Source: an uncultured Spirochaetaceae bacterium (GTDB lineage Bacteria; Spirochaetota; Spirochaetia; SZUA-6; RPPD01). Taken from it: a DNA stretch of 64,000 nt. Both the position numbers and the translations under genes were made by a program. A model generated the notes under the pieces. That model had not been told where the DNA came from. It was given only the letters and a program-made list of their open reading frames with translations, and did no database searches. The stretch is from the NCBI GenBank assembly GCA_964638895.1, contig CAZWYY010000009.1:10679-74678 (forward strand), written 5' to 3'. Of this stretch, positions 49,335 through 59,270 are shown in pieces (within the stretch, counting starts at the first letter, position 1; every line of letters begins with the position of its first letter).

Positions 49335-50345
49335 ATGCGTAAACCTTATCCGCATCTGTTACAGACTCCATCCTGGGGCCGGGCCAAATGCAAGGCACAG
49401 CCGCCCTGGACCTGGTATTTTTTTACAATGCCGACGGGGGCCGCGGCCGCCGGGTTCCAGGCCGCGCAAACCATGGGCGACCCGTCCGCCGTAAAGGCTT
49501 CGGTGCTTATCCTAGAGCGGAACCTGGGGCTGGGCCAGCGCCTGCATTATATTCCGCGCGGCCCGTACGTGGACTGGCAGGATGAACCCCTGGTAAACGA
49601 CACCCTCCGCTTTATTAAGGAGTTTGCGCGGCAAAGATCCGTAATCATGGTGCGCCTTGAACCCGATATACCGGAGCCCGGCTTTAATTACGCTGTTATG
49701 GCCCGGCTGGGTTTCAGGCGCTCGGCCGATCACATTCAGCCGCGGGATACGGTCCGGTTCCCCATCCGCTTCGGGGACGAAGAGCTTCTGGCCGGGTTTC
49801 ATAAAAAACACAGGTATAATATAAAGCTGGCCGGCAGGCGGGGCCTGCACGTACGCACCTCCGTAAGCCCGGAGGACGTCACCCGGTTTTACAACCTGCT
49901 TAAAAAAACCGAGCTACGTCACGGGGGAGTGCTGCATATACATCCGGAGGAGTACTACCAGGTTATCACCAGGGAGCTGGCAAAAGACAAAATGGCGGTG
50001 CTTTATCTGGTGGAAAAGGGCACAAAAACCGTGTCCGCCTCCCTGGTAACCGGTTACGGGGACGAGGCCATTTATATGTACGGCGCCTCAGATTACGAAT
50101 TCAGGAGGGACATGCCCAGCCACCTGCGGGAATGGCAGAGCATCCGTGACGCTAGGGACGCTGGCAGGGAGTATTTTGATCTGTGGGGCGCGACCATGCA
50201 CAATGACCCGGGCGGGGGAATCAGGCGTTACAAACTCGGGTATCATGACGAGATTGAAACCCTGGCCGGCTGCTTTGACTGGTCCCCCTCCCCGTTCAGG
50301 TACAGGCTGTTCACCCTGCTTAACAAGCTGCGCAGAAGGTTTTAA
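49335..50345 (+). CDS. FemAB/FemX-family peptidoglycan bridge aminoacyltransferase
   Basis: LLQT.SWG..K, YIPRGP, RYNIKLA.RRG, YMYGAS, FDLWG, RYKLG. Confidence 0.88.
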   Translation: MRKPYPHLLQTPSWGRAKCKAQPPWTWYFFTMPTGAAAAGFQAAQTMGDPSAVKASVLILERNLGLGQRLHYIPRGPYVDWQDEPLVNDTLRFIKEFARQRSVIMVRLEPDIPEPGFNYAVMARLGFRRSADHIQPRDTVRFPIRFGDEELLAGFHKKHRYNIKLAGRRGLHVRTSVSPEDVTRFYNLLKKTELRHGGVLHIHPEEYYQVITRELAKDKMAVLYLVEKGTKTVSASLVTGYGDEAIYMYGASDYEFRRDMPSHLREWQSIRDARDAGREYFDLWGATMHNDPGGGIRRYKLGYHDEIETLAGCFDWSPSPFRYRLFTLLNKLRRRF

Positions 50346-50355
50346 CCCCTTTTTA

Positions 50356-50500
50356 TTGAAATCGCGCGGTAAAAGCTCTACATTGATACTAAGACAAATT
50401 GAAAAAGCCACCACCCGCTTAGCATCTTTTTCCATTATCATAGATGGTGGCTTTTTCGGAAGTAAAAAAGTGTCAGTACAATTATCATAAGCGGGAGGGG
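50356..50500 (+). promoter_or_regulatory. Promoter plus structured 5' leader
   Basis: TTGAAA-17-TACATT (50356-50384); perfect 13-bp inverted repeat 50401-50413 / 50445-50457; CCCGCTTA complementary to TAAGCGGG at the RBS. Confidence 0.5.
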
Positions 50501-50508
50501 GCAATGTT

Positions 50509-50940
50509 ATGAAACCATGGCTATGGTTTATGACAATTATTGTATTTCTTTCCGTATATACGGCGTGTACCACACGCTCCGAATCAAGCGTATTTGAACA
50601 GGGCAACCTCAGGACTGCAGGGCCCGCTCTTCCCGACGGATACATCCTGTTAAGCGAAACCAGGTACGACACGGACGGCGATGATGAAGCGGAAATTGTG
50701 CTTTTCGGTTACAGAGACAACAATATATTGCTGTTGGTCTTTGATCTTGACGCCTTGGGCCGGTGGGAAAAGCATACCCTGGTGAGCACGCGCTACTCCG
50801 CAGCCGAAGGGAATATGATTCAGGAACTTGTGTGTATTGTGAACTCGGACTGGATCGGCTGGGGCCCCCCTGCTTCGGAACCCTATGAGATATTCATGTG
50901 GGACGGAAACAGGTATATCACACCCGCCTTTTTCATGTAA
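50509..50940 (+). CDS. Hypothetical lipoprotein with a DxDGD-type Ca-binding motif
   Basis: Lipobox-like [17 protein letters not shown]-terminal FMWDGNRY. Confidence 0.65.
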   Translation: MKPWLWFMTIIVFLSVYTACTTRSESSVFEQGNLRTAGPALPDGYILLSETRYDTDGDDEAEIVLFGYRDNNILLLVFDLDALGRWEKHTLVSTRYSAAEGNMIQELVCIVNSDWIGWGPPASEPYEIFMWDGNRYITPAFFM

Positions 50941-50973
50941 GCCTCTGGCGGCGGTCGGCGCCCGCCGGACCGA

Positions 50974-52020
50974 TCAGATACCCTGCGCCACCATATCGCC
51001 GATTTCCGAGGTTGAAAAACCCATCTTACCCGCCGACATACTCTTCATGTGGCCGATTGTTTTGGCAGCCGACGCCTCTACGGCCTTTGCCGCCTGCTCC
51101 TCACCCAGTGTTTCCAGCATCATCTGGGCGGAAAAAATCGCGGCCATGGGGTTGATGACATTCTGTCCCGTGTATTTGGGGGCCGAACCGCCGATGGGCT
51201 CGAACATGGACACACCCTCGGGATTTATATTGCCGCCCGCGGCTATTCCCATGCCGCCCTGGATCATGGCGCCCAGGTCGGTGATGATGTCCCCAAACAT
51301 GTTGCAGGTGACGATCACATCGAACCATTCGGGGTTCTTCACCATCCACATGGTGGTCGCATCCACATGCGCGTAATCGGATTTTATATCCGGATACTCC
51401 TTGGCCACCTCTTCAAAGGCGCGCATCCACAGGTCATGGGCGTAGATAAGCACATTGGTCTTGGCGCACAGGGTGAGTTTTTTTGCCTTATTGCGCTTAC
51501 GCGTAAACTCGAACGCGTAGCGGATACAGCGCTCCACACCCTTGCGGGTATTTATCATCTCCTGGATAGCCACCTCATCCGGCGTACCCTTTTTTAAAAA
51601 ACCGCCGGCGCCGAGGTATAATCCCTCGGTGTTTTCACGCACAATCACAAAATCTATATCTTCAGGCTTCTTACCGGCCAGGGGTGTTTCCACGTTCGGA
51701 TACAGCTTTACGGGACGCAGGTTTATATACTGGTCCAGGCCGAATCTAAGTTTCAAAAGGATTCCCACCTCCAGAATGCCCGGCTTTACCTTGGGGTGCC
51801 CGATGGCCCCCAGGAAGATCGCGTCGAATTTTCGGAGCTCATCCAGTGCTCCCTCGGGAAGGGTTTCCCCGGTCTTTAAATAATGCTCGCCCCCAAAGGG
51901 GAACTCCTTGAAACTGAACTCGATATTATACTTGGCCGCCACGGCCTTTAATACCTTTAAGCCCTCGTTTACAACCTCAGGTCCGGTGCCGTCTCCCGGA
52001 ATTACCGCGATATTATACAT
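50974..52020 (-). CDS. leuB: 3-isopropylmalate dehydrogenase
   Basis: [38 protein letters not shown]; TTGACA-17-TAATCT promoter at 52041-52069. Confidence 0.9.
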   Translation of the reverse strand: MYNIAVIPGDGTGPEVVNEGLKVLKAVAAKYNIEFSFKEFPFGGEHYLKTGETLPEGALDELRKFDAIFLGAIGHPKVKPGILEVGILLKLRFGLDQYINLRPVKLYPNVETPLAGKKPEDIDFVIVRENTEGLYLGAGGFLKKGTPDEVAIQEMINTRKGVERCIRYAFEFTRKRNKAKKLTLCAKTNVLIYAHDLWMRAFEEVAKEYPDIKSDYAHVDATTMWMVKNPEWFDVIVTCNMFGDIITDLGAMIQGGMGIAAGGNINPEGVSMFEPIGGSAPKYTGQNVINPMAAIFSAQMMLETLGEEQAAKAVEASAAKTIGHMKSMSAGKMGFSTSEIGDMVAQGI

Positions 52021-52139
52021 CTCTCCTCCTTAATGAACAGAGATTACAAACTGAACGCATAATTGTCAATTGCAAAATATATTTTTTAAGGTTGCATTAT
52101 CGGCGCTTTTTTTTTAGAATTCGTGAAAGAGGCAATAAG

Positions 52140-52793
52140 GTGGATGAATTTTACAGCATGTATGAGGACGAGTTTACGGGCGGCGCCAAAGGCGACGTGC
52201 TTTCCCTGGATCTGGCCCGAATCTACAGGGAGTATGCCTATGCCGGACTCTGGTACGCCTGCGACAAAAACGAAGAAACATACATCGCCACCGAACTCTA
52301 TTACGGCGGCGGACAGGTAAGTGAGCGTCCTCGGGATTTTTCTGAAGAAATTGCGGAGAACAGTTTTAAACATTCCCCACGGCATACCCTACGCAAGGAC
52401 AGCGGCCTGGTCTGGATTGCCATGCGTACCGAAACAAACAACTACTGCAAACTCAAGGCTTTTGCCGTGCAGACCGAAAATACATATATTAACTACAAGG
52501 TGATCCGCAACAGGGGCACGAGTTATGATACTTTGAAAAACGGGGTAATCAAGGGAACCGGCGCCGGTTTTTTCAAATTGGGCGTGGAGGACCGAACCGG
52601 GGAGATCGATTATAATGATACCATTATGTTCGTGGTGATGATAAAAAACCTTCCCCCGCAGGACTGGTATTTTGACCCGGCCTACTTCGGGGTGCAGAAG
52701 CTGCCCATGCTGGTGCCGGCGTTTCTGTTTCCCGTCAGGCAGACGTACTCGGACTGGCTTGGCCAGAATCCCATGGACGGAGTGAGCAGGTAA
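52140..52793 (+). CDS. Hypothetical protein with an ED..DYND Ca-binding-like motif
   Basis: Long ORF with GAGG before GTG 52140; LGVEDRTGEIDYNDTIMFV. Confidence 0.65.
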   Translation: MDEFYSMYEDEFTGGAKGDVLSLDLARIYREYAYAGLWYACDKNEETYIATELYYGGGQVSERPRDFSEEIAENSFKHSPRHTLRKDSGLVWIAMRTETNNYCKLKAFAVQTENTYINYKVIRNRGTSYDTLKNGVIKGTGAGFFKLGVEDRTGEIDYNDTIMFVVMIKNLPPQDWYFDPAYFGVQKLPMLVPAFLFPVRQTYSDWLGQNPMDGVSR

Positions 52794-52833
52794 ACACCGT
52801 CACCCGAACAACACTTTAAACAAAGGAGCCGTT

Positions 52834-53133
52834 ATGCAGACAAGTATATTTTACGTAAAGGTCAAAGAGAATCTGGAGAAGGCGTTCAAGGATTTCTTTC
52901 CACATATGTCGTCCAATTATATAAAGATGGGCAAACTGTTTAAAAAGGACAAACTGTACCCGGTACTGGCCATTGAAAAGGTCACGGTTTTCAGCAAGGA
53001 CGGAACCGAAACCGAATCGGCCCGTTTCCTGGTGCCTTCAGAAAACAAAAATTTTCTCTGGATTCAGGCCGAGCTTTTTGAGTTTGTGGAAACCGAACCC
53101 AAAGAAAAACAGTCCAGGGCTAAAAAAGCCTAG
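52834..53133 (+). CDS. Small hypothetical protein
   Basis: AAGGAG RBS; 99 aa; no recognised domain. Confidence 0.7.
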   Translation: MQTSIFYVKVKENLEKAFKDFFPHMSSNYIKMGKLFKKDKLYPVLAIEKVTVFSKDGTETESARFLVPSENKNFLWIQAELFEFVETEPKEKQSRAKKA

Positions 53134-56100
53134 GCTGCCTGTACCGCTTTTCTTTTTCCGCGCAAGTCTTTTTTTCCTTATACTGGGCGGGAATTTCGTC
53201 GATGAAGCGGCTTCCGGTTTGTTCACACGGTCTGCCGAAGACCGTCCTTTTGGCCGCGTAGGTAATGTATGCCAGGTCCCGTGCCCGGGTAAGCGCCACG
53301 TAAAACAGCCTGCGTTCCTCCTGGAGATCCACCGACTTCCCCGTAAGGGGCGTAATCCCTTCCTCGGCGCCCGCGATAAAGACAACAGGAAACTCAAGGC
53401 CCTTGGCCGCGTGAAAGGTAAGCAGGCGCACTCTTTCCGCCTCAAATCCACCCTGGCTCTCGAATGCGCACAGAAACATGTTCCGCAGGAATCCCGCAAG
53501 GTCGCCCTGAAATGACCGCGCCAGTTCCAGCAGAACCCTGCTTTTGTCCCTGTAATCCGCCTGCTCTCCGGGAGGAAGTATTCTTTCCAGGATCAGAAAC
53601 AGTCCTTTATGGATACCCTGGAACTCCATGCTTACCTCCACAAACTCCAGAAAATTAATCAACTCCTCAAACTGCGCGGCGTGCCCGGCGGAAAGCGACC
53701 GGGCAAGCGACCTGTGGGCAAGCATGTCCCTGCGGTTTCCCTTCTCCTGCCCGAAAATCCAGGTAAGCGCGGCAAGCTCATCCGCAGATATGTCCTTTAG
53801 TGTGGCGCCCACAAGCTCGCGGAAGGCAATGACATCATGCTTGTTGTACAACAGGTGGAGGTATGCCGCAAGCAGGGAAAAAGGCGGATCATCCAGGAGG
53901 GAATAGTCCGAACGCAGGGAAACGGGGATGCCCTGCCTTTCAAAAACCCGGCACAGGGTGGCGGCCATGGAATGCGTCCTTACCAGTACCGCGATGTCAT
54001 GGAAGGAATAGGGGGCTTCAGTGCGCGGTCCCAGCGCATCCACGGACAGTGAGTCCGTACCCCCCAACAGGGTCCTGACGGCGGCGGCGATATATTCGGC
54101 TTCGGCGAACTCATCCGGAGTGCGTACAACCAAGAGTCTTTTGCCGTTCTCCCTGTGGGCGCGCAGCGCAAGGCCGCTTTTAAAAGAGTTATGCGTAATC
54201 AGCGCGCCCGCCGCCTGCACGATGAAAGGCGTGGAGCGGTAGTTTATATCAAGGTAAAAGTGCCTGGCCTGGAAATCCTTTTGAAAGCGGAAAAAGAGTT
54301 TGGCGTCCGCCCCGCGGAACGCGTAGATGGCCTGGTCCGGGTCGCCGATGGCCAGTAGGCCCTTGTCCAGGGCGGTCCTGCTGCCGGCCTCAAGCGGCTT
54401 GTCTCCGATAAGCGCGCAGAGGAAGGCGTACTGCGCCGGATTTATATCCTGGAACTCATCCACCGCCAGGTATGTATAGCGGCCGCGGTAATGGGCCAGG
54501 ATCTGGGGCCACTGTTCGAATATGAGATTTACCTCGTTAATCAACGCGGATATGTCCACTGCGCGCACGGCCTTCAGTTCCCGTTGGTAGGCAACCGCGC
54601 TCTTCTCGGTTGACTCATCGATATCCAGCTTTGAACCGTCAAGGTATCTTTCAATCTTGCGGGAAAGCTCCTGTATTTCACCCGGTGTAACACCCGGGTT
54701 GAGGTAGCGCAGCATGGCCCCGCGCCCGGCCTCGGTGTAAATGGTTTTTACCCCGGGGAAATGGCTCCTGATGATGTCAAAACAAAGCGCATGAAAGGTG
54801 CAGACTGTAGTGCCCTCCGCCCTGTCGCCTAAAAGAGAGGAAAGCCGCTGTTTCATCTCCAGGGCCGCCTTGTTGGTGAAGGTAACGGCCAGAATATTCT
54901 CCGGCGCGGCCAGGCCGCGCTCCAGGACCGAACAGATCCATGAGGTAAGGGTCCTGGTTTTGCCTGTGCCAGGGCCGGCGGTAACCATGGCCGCGCCTTC
55001 CGTATAGGCCGCGATCTCCTGCTGACGTGTATTTGCCTCCGCGGCTTGTGGGGCCTTCTGTTCCGCTGCTTTTTCAGCCACCCGCTCCGCAGGTTGTGCC
55101 GCTCTTGGGCCCGTCGTATGTCCCGCCTCCCGCTCCGCGGACCGGCCTGCTTTCTCCGTTTCCCATACCGCCGCCGGACGCCCCGCTCCCTTTCCCGTTT
55201 CATGTTCCACTGTGCGTGCGCCGGCCTCTTTTATCGTACCGGCCGTAAACAGCGCCGCCTGGCTGTAAACGTCAGTTTGCGGGGGAGGACCCGGGAAATG
55301 AAACAAGGTCCCCTGGCCGGAGAGCTCCTCCAACTCATGCGCGCCGAAGACCCTTATCACCCCGAACTCACCGTCATATCCCGGTTGGGGGCGGATATCC
55401 CCCCTGCGGACCCTTTTTACGGCCTCGGCCAGGGGCATGCCGCACCTTGAGGCAATCTCTTCCAGGGGCGCGTGCATTAACACGTTATACTCGTTCCCGA
55501 AAACGGAGATCGTGTTCCGGTAGGCCTCACTCACGGCCTTAGAACCCGAGCCCTTGCCCAGGATCTCCCCCAGAATTTCCGGCAGCGGAATTATGGAATA
55601 GTAATCTTTTTGCAGCGGAGGCTTGAAGGCGTCCCTGCGGTCGGCCAGTTCCAACACCCGATGCATGACCCCGATGGTGAGCGGCTTGCCGCACACCGGG
55701 CAGATCCCCCTCAACTCTGCGCTTTTTTGGGGATCTACGCAGATGTTGCATTTCCTGTGCCCGTCAAAATGATATTTCCCCTCCTCGGGGAAAAACTCCA
55801 AGGTGCCCAGAAAACCCCGCTTGCTGTGTAGGGCGGCGAACATGTCGTAATAACTTAAGCCCGTATCAAACAGGTTGGCCTCTCTCATGAGTTTGCCGGG
55901 GGAATGGGCGTCGGAGTTGGAGATAAGGCTGTAGGTGTCCAGGGCGCTCACCCGCCAGTTCATGGCCGGGTCCGAGGAAAGCCCGGTTTCCAGGGCGAAG
56001 ATGTGCCCGCTCAGATCCTCAAAGCATTCCGTAAGCGAATCAAACCCGGATTTTGAGCCGAAAAGCGAGAACCAGGGGGTCCAGATATGGGCGGGCACCA

Positions 56101-56575
56101 GGTGGCAGTCCGGCGAGATTTCCAGGATGATCTCCAGCAGGTTTCTTGGGTCCAGGCCCAGGATGGGCCTGCCGTCGGATTTGATATTTCCCAGGGCCGA
56201 AAGCCTGGCATTAATCCTGGCCACGCTTTCCAGGTCTGGGGCGAAGATGATGCTGTGAACCTTACGTGTCTGTCCGTTTTTTTTATAGATGGAGCTGATT
56301 TCCGCCTGCAGACAGAAACGAAAAGGGGCGTCATGGGTTTTCACTGGAAACTCCGCCGTGCCCCGTCCTTCCTCCTTCAGGGTAAAGAACCCGCCGCCGT
56401 CGGGGGCCAGCGATTCCCGGAGCCCGGCAAACCAGGCCGGGTGGGTAAAATCCCCCGTACCCAAGACATTGATTCCCTTAACCTGAGCCCACTTTTTTAG
56501 TTCATAAAGGTTGCTCTGCTTGCTTGTGGACCGGGAGTAGAGAGAATGGATGTGCAGATCAGCTACATACTTCAT
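53120..56575 (-). CDS. PHP/EndoQ-like domain fused to a UvrD/PcrA-like helicase
   Basis: ADLHIHS, GTGDFTHP, HIWTPWFS, SNSDAHS, CxxC pairs; AGPGTGKT, TFTNKAA, VDEFQD, IGDPDQAIY.FRGA, TFHAAKGLEF, EERRLFYVALTRA. Confidence 0.93.
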   Translation of the reverse strand: MKYVADLHIHSLYSRSTSKQSNLYELKKWAQVKGINVLGTGDFTHPAWFAGLRESLAPDGGGFFTLKEEGRGTAEFPVKTHDAPFRFCLQAEISSIYKKNGQTRKVHSIIFAPDLESVARINARLSALGNIKSDGRPILGLDPRNLLEIILEISPDCHLVPAHIWTPWFSLFGSKSGFDSLTECFEDLSGHIFALETGLSSDPAMNWRVSALDTYSLISNSDAHSPGKLMREANLFDTGLSYYDMFAALHSKRGFLGTLEFFPEEGKYHFDGHRKCNICVDPQKSAELRGICPVCGKPLTIGVMHRVLELADRRDAFKPPLQKDYYSIIPLPEILGEILGKGSGSKAVSEAYRNTISVFGNEYNVLMHAPLEEIASRCGMPLAEAVKRVRRGDIRPQPGYDGEFGVIRVFGAHELEELSGQGTLFHFPGPPPQTDVYSQAALFTAGTIKEAGARTVEHETGKGAGRPAAVWETEKAGRSAEREAGHTTGPRAAQPAERVAEKAAEQKAPQAAEANTRQQEIAAYTEGAAMVTAGPGTGKTRTLTSWICSVLERGLAAPENILAVTFTNKAALEMKQRLSSLLGDRAEGTTVCTFHALCFDIIRSHFPGVKTIYTEAGRGAMLRYLNPGVTPGEIQELSRKIERYLDGSKLDIDESTEKSAVAYQRELKAVRAVDISALINEVNLIFEQWPQILAHYRGRYTYLAVDEFQDINPAQYAFLCALIGDKPLEAGSRTALDKGLLAIGDPDQAIYAFRGADAKLFFRFQKDFQARHFYLDINYRSTPFIVQAAGALITHNSFKSGLALRAHRENGKRLLVVRTPDEFAEAEYIAAAVRTLLGGTDSLSVDALGPRTEAPYSFHDIAVLVRTHSMAATLCRVFERQGIPVSLRSDYSLLDDPPFSLLAAYLHLLYNKHDVIAFRELVGATLKDISADELAALTWIFGQEKGNRRDMLAHRSLARSLSAGHAAQFEELINFLEFVEVSMEFQGIHKGLFLILERILPPGEQADYRDKSRVLLELARSFQGDLAGFLRNMFLCAFESQGGFEAERVRLLTFHAAKGLEFPVVFIAGAEEGITPLTGKSVDLQEERRLFYVALTRARDLAYITYAAKRTVFGRPCEQTGSRFIDEIPAQYKEKKTCAEKEKRYRQPRLF

Positions 56576-56587
56576 CAGCCGTTTATA

Positions 56588-57172
56588 TTAAAGCAGGCGC
56601 CGTAGCTCCTCCTTGGCCCGGCTCAGGATTTGGTTGTACTTCTCATCGAACGCGGCCAGGTTTTTGTTCAGCAGCGCGGTAAACTCCGGGTCGGAAAATG
56701 GATCGAGCTCCACTTCGGTTCCCAACTGGCGGGCGAGGGCCTCGGCCTTGGCACGCAGTTTGGGCATGTACTGGGCCTTTATCTGTTCCTGGATATGTTC
56801 CCTGTCCTGTTTGTATTTGCCGAAAAACTGATCAAGTTGTCCGAACACGGTTTCCACTAATTCGGCATTGGGGAATACCAGGGACAATGCCCGCCTGACA
56901 CCTGAGTTTCTCCCGGCCGTGTAATCCGTCAGAGGAAGGTTTAAATTGGAAAGGAGTGTATCGAGTATTCCCTTTTTGACCAGGGCCGCGTACTGTTTTT
57001 CGATGGTTTTCAGCCGCGCCTTTAAATCCTCATCCTGCGGATTGTCCAGGTACGCGGAGATGTCTTTCTTACCCTGTTCCAGGTATTGTTGTTCTTTCAG
57101 CGCCCCCGGGTCGGCCTTCACGTTTTTGGTTTTTTCCAGCGCGATCTCCCATGCGGATTTTATCTTGTCCAT
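56588..57172 (-). CDS. Conserved helical hypothetical protein (DUF6657-like)
   Basis: IKSAWEIALEKT N-terminus, DPFSDPEF; AAGGAGG RBS. Confidence 0.7.
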   Translation of the reverse strand: MDKIKSAWEIALEKTKNVKADPGALKEQQYLEQGKKDISAYLDNPQDEDLKARLKTIEKQYAALVKKGILDTLLSNLNLPLTDYTAGRNSGVRRALSLVFPNAELVETVFGQLDQFFGKYKQDREHIQEQIKAQYMPKLRAKAEALARQLGTEVELDPFSDPEFTALLNKNLAAFDEKYNQILSRAKEELRRLL

Positions 57173-57199
57173 AACAATGCTCCTCCTTGAAAACCTGTG

Positions 57200-57850
57200 T
57201 CAGTAAATGATTTCCCCGTCCGTAATCACCAAATCCACAGGCATATCATCATTGTTTACAGGCAGCGTATCCACAAGCTGCTCCGCAAAACACACACCGA
57301 CCACAATACACCCGCCCGCCGCCCACGCCCGAATCTGTCGGATAAAACGGTCATAATACCCCTTGCCTCGTCCCAAGCGGTTTTTTGCGCGGTCAAAGGC
57401 CAGCCCCGGCGTGATCACCAGTACATGGCCACGGCCTGCCTGCTTTATGCCCGGCCCGGCCGTCGGCTTATTTGCTGCGGCCGATGCGGCGTGTGCGGCC
57501 CCGTCGTCTTTATCCCCACCGAACAGCGGCCGCCCGGCGGGCGGTTCGGGGATGCCGAAGCGGTTGTGTTCCAGGCAGACGGCGGATTCGGGAAGCGGGT
57601 GGAAAACCAGCTCCTGTCCCGTTATCCGGGGGGCAAACACCGGTTTCCCGGCCTGCCGGGCGGCCCGGATTATCTCGCCGGTCCTCACCTCCGTATCCAT
57701 TGACAAGTAAACAAGCACCCGCCCGGCCTCCGTAAAACAGGACAGGGAGATTAATTGCGTATTTATCCGGCCGCTTTTTTGTTCCACCAATGCGGGCGTG
57801 AGGCGCGTCAGCGTTTCTTTCATCTGCGTACGCAGTCGGCTTTTTGTCAT
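57200..57850 (-). CDS. 5-formyltetrahydrofolate cyclo-ligase
   Basis: KSRLR, YLSMDTEV, FGIPEP, PGLAFD...RLGRGKGYYDR, DMPVD. Confidence 0.92.
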   Translation of the reverse strand: MTKSRLRTQMKETLTRLTPALVEQKSGRINTQLISLSCFTEAGRVLVYLSMDTEVRTGEIIRAARQAGKPVFAPRITGQELVFHPLPESAVCLEHNRFGIPEPPAGRPLFGGDKDDGAAHAASAAANKPTAGPGIKQAGRGHVLVITPGLAFDRAKNRLGRGKGYYDRFIRQIRAWAAGGCIVVGVCFAEQLVDTLPVNNDDMPVDLVITDGEIIY

Positions 57851-57992
57851 TGTACCCGGCTTAAAAGTGTAGCATAAGCGCGGCGATACTATCAATAGAA
57901 AACAGCAAAACGGACCAGTTCCTGTTTGACGGCCGTCCCTCAATTGCGCCCTTCCGCTTTACAGATCCGCCGTTTTTTTTTATGATGGCGGC

Positions 57993-58481
57993 ATGGACGG
58001 ATTGGAAATGTTATATACCCGGCGCAGTGTGCGCGCCTTCAGCAACAAACCGGTCACGGATGATACCTTACAGAAAATCGTAAAGGCGGGACTCTTGGCG
58101 GCCACGGCCAGGAATCTTCAGCCGGTGCGCATTGTAATCGTTAAGGATGCGGAACTGAAAAAGAAGCTGGCCTCCCGTACGGATTACGGCAAGTTTATTA
58201 AAAACTCACCGGTATGCCTGGCGGTTTTGTCCGAAGACACCAAATACTATCTTGAGGACGGTTCAGCCTGCGCCCAGAACATTCTCCTGGCCGCGCGTTA
58301 TTTCGGTATCGGTACCTGTTGGGTGGCGGGTGATAAGAAAGGGTACGCGTCCGACATCGTCTCCCTACTGGGAATGCCCGCCGCGTACAAACTGGTCTGC
58401 CTTATCGCCGTGGGGTACCCGAAAAACGGCAAGGCGTTCACAGAAAAGAAAATAAAGCGCGTGGCCTGGAAAACCATCTGA
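57993..58481 (+). CDS. Nitroreductase family protein
   Basis: TRRSVRAF, ATARNLQP, QNILLAA..GIGTCW, IAVGYP. Confidence 0.92.
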   Translation: MDGLEMLYTRRSVRAFSNKPVTDDTLQKIVKAGLLAATARNLQPVRIVIVKDAELKKKLASRTDYGKFIKNSPVCLAVLSEDTKYYLEDGSACAQNILLAARYFGIGTCWVAGDKKGYASDIVSLLGMPAAYKLVCLIAVGYPKNGKAFTEKKIKRVAWKTI

Positions 58482-58559
58482 ACTGATTTATGCGCCGGGC
58501 TGATATAAACGGGCGTAATTCAATGCGGCAAACTACGTTGAACCGAATGTTTTAACTTA

Positions 58560-58709
58560 TTAGTTAAAAAGCTTTAACGCCGTTTCCACCACAAAAACCG
58601 CTCCGTTTGCAAACTGTCTTGTGTCTTCTTCGGCGAACAGTACATCCAGGATTTTTAATCTCTTACGGGCTTTTGTAATGTAACTCAGGGCCAAATCCAG
58701 ATTGGTCAT
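58560..58709 (-). pseudogene. HEPN-domain toxin remnant with large in-frame internal deletion
   Basis: MTNLDLALSYITKARKRLKILDVLFAEE joined to DTRQFANGAVFVVETALKLFN* (49 aa); ATGA overlap with the MNT gene. Confidence 0.7.
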
Positions 58710-59176
58710 ATTTTAAAAATTTCACCCGGCGCATAATCGCCTTTGAGGATCCAATACCAAGCCGAGCCCTTCATAACCTTTTTTGCCTTATTTTTTCTCA
58801 GGCTTTGCGTCACACTCTGTAAATAATCTTTTAAAAAATCATCACGGTCAAAGAGAATGACAACGTATTCGGTCATGTCCCAGAAAAGCGGGCTTCCTAT
58901 CCTTACTTCATGTGGTGTTTTAATAAACGGAGAAAACAATAGGTTCGCATTCATTTTTAACAACGATTGCTCGATGGTCTCAAATTGGATTACCCGCTTT
59001 ATACGCCCTTTGGGAAGATTATCAGCAACAATCAAAACATCGATATCAGATTCGGGTGTGGCCGTATCCCGCGCAACCGATCCGAAAACCGCACAGGAAA
59101 TTAAATCATCTTGATAAAACTCTTTAACAGCACGTAGAATAGCGGAAAATAGATTTTAATATTTTTCTTTTGGCAC
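58706..59176 (-). pseudogene. Minimal nucleotidyltransferase (MNT antitoxin) with early in-frame stop
   Basis: VPKEKY*NLFSAIL...VFGSVARDTATPESDIDVLIV (GS..R....SD.D motif), ILFDRD, YWILK. Confidence 0.8.
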
Positions 59177-59270
59177 ATACCCATAATAGATGAGCGAAGA
59201 GTAATGGTCAAGAGTAAGTGATTTTAAAGCCTTTTTAGAAAAGAAGTATTTATAGACGTAGTATATTTTT

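Noticed and set aside
2786-57735. Numerous 60-260 aa ORFs overlapping housekeeping genes
   Set aside because: Alternative-frame or antisense ORFs expected in GC-rich coding DNA; no motifs or translation signals.
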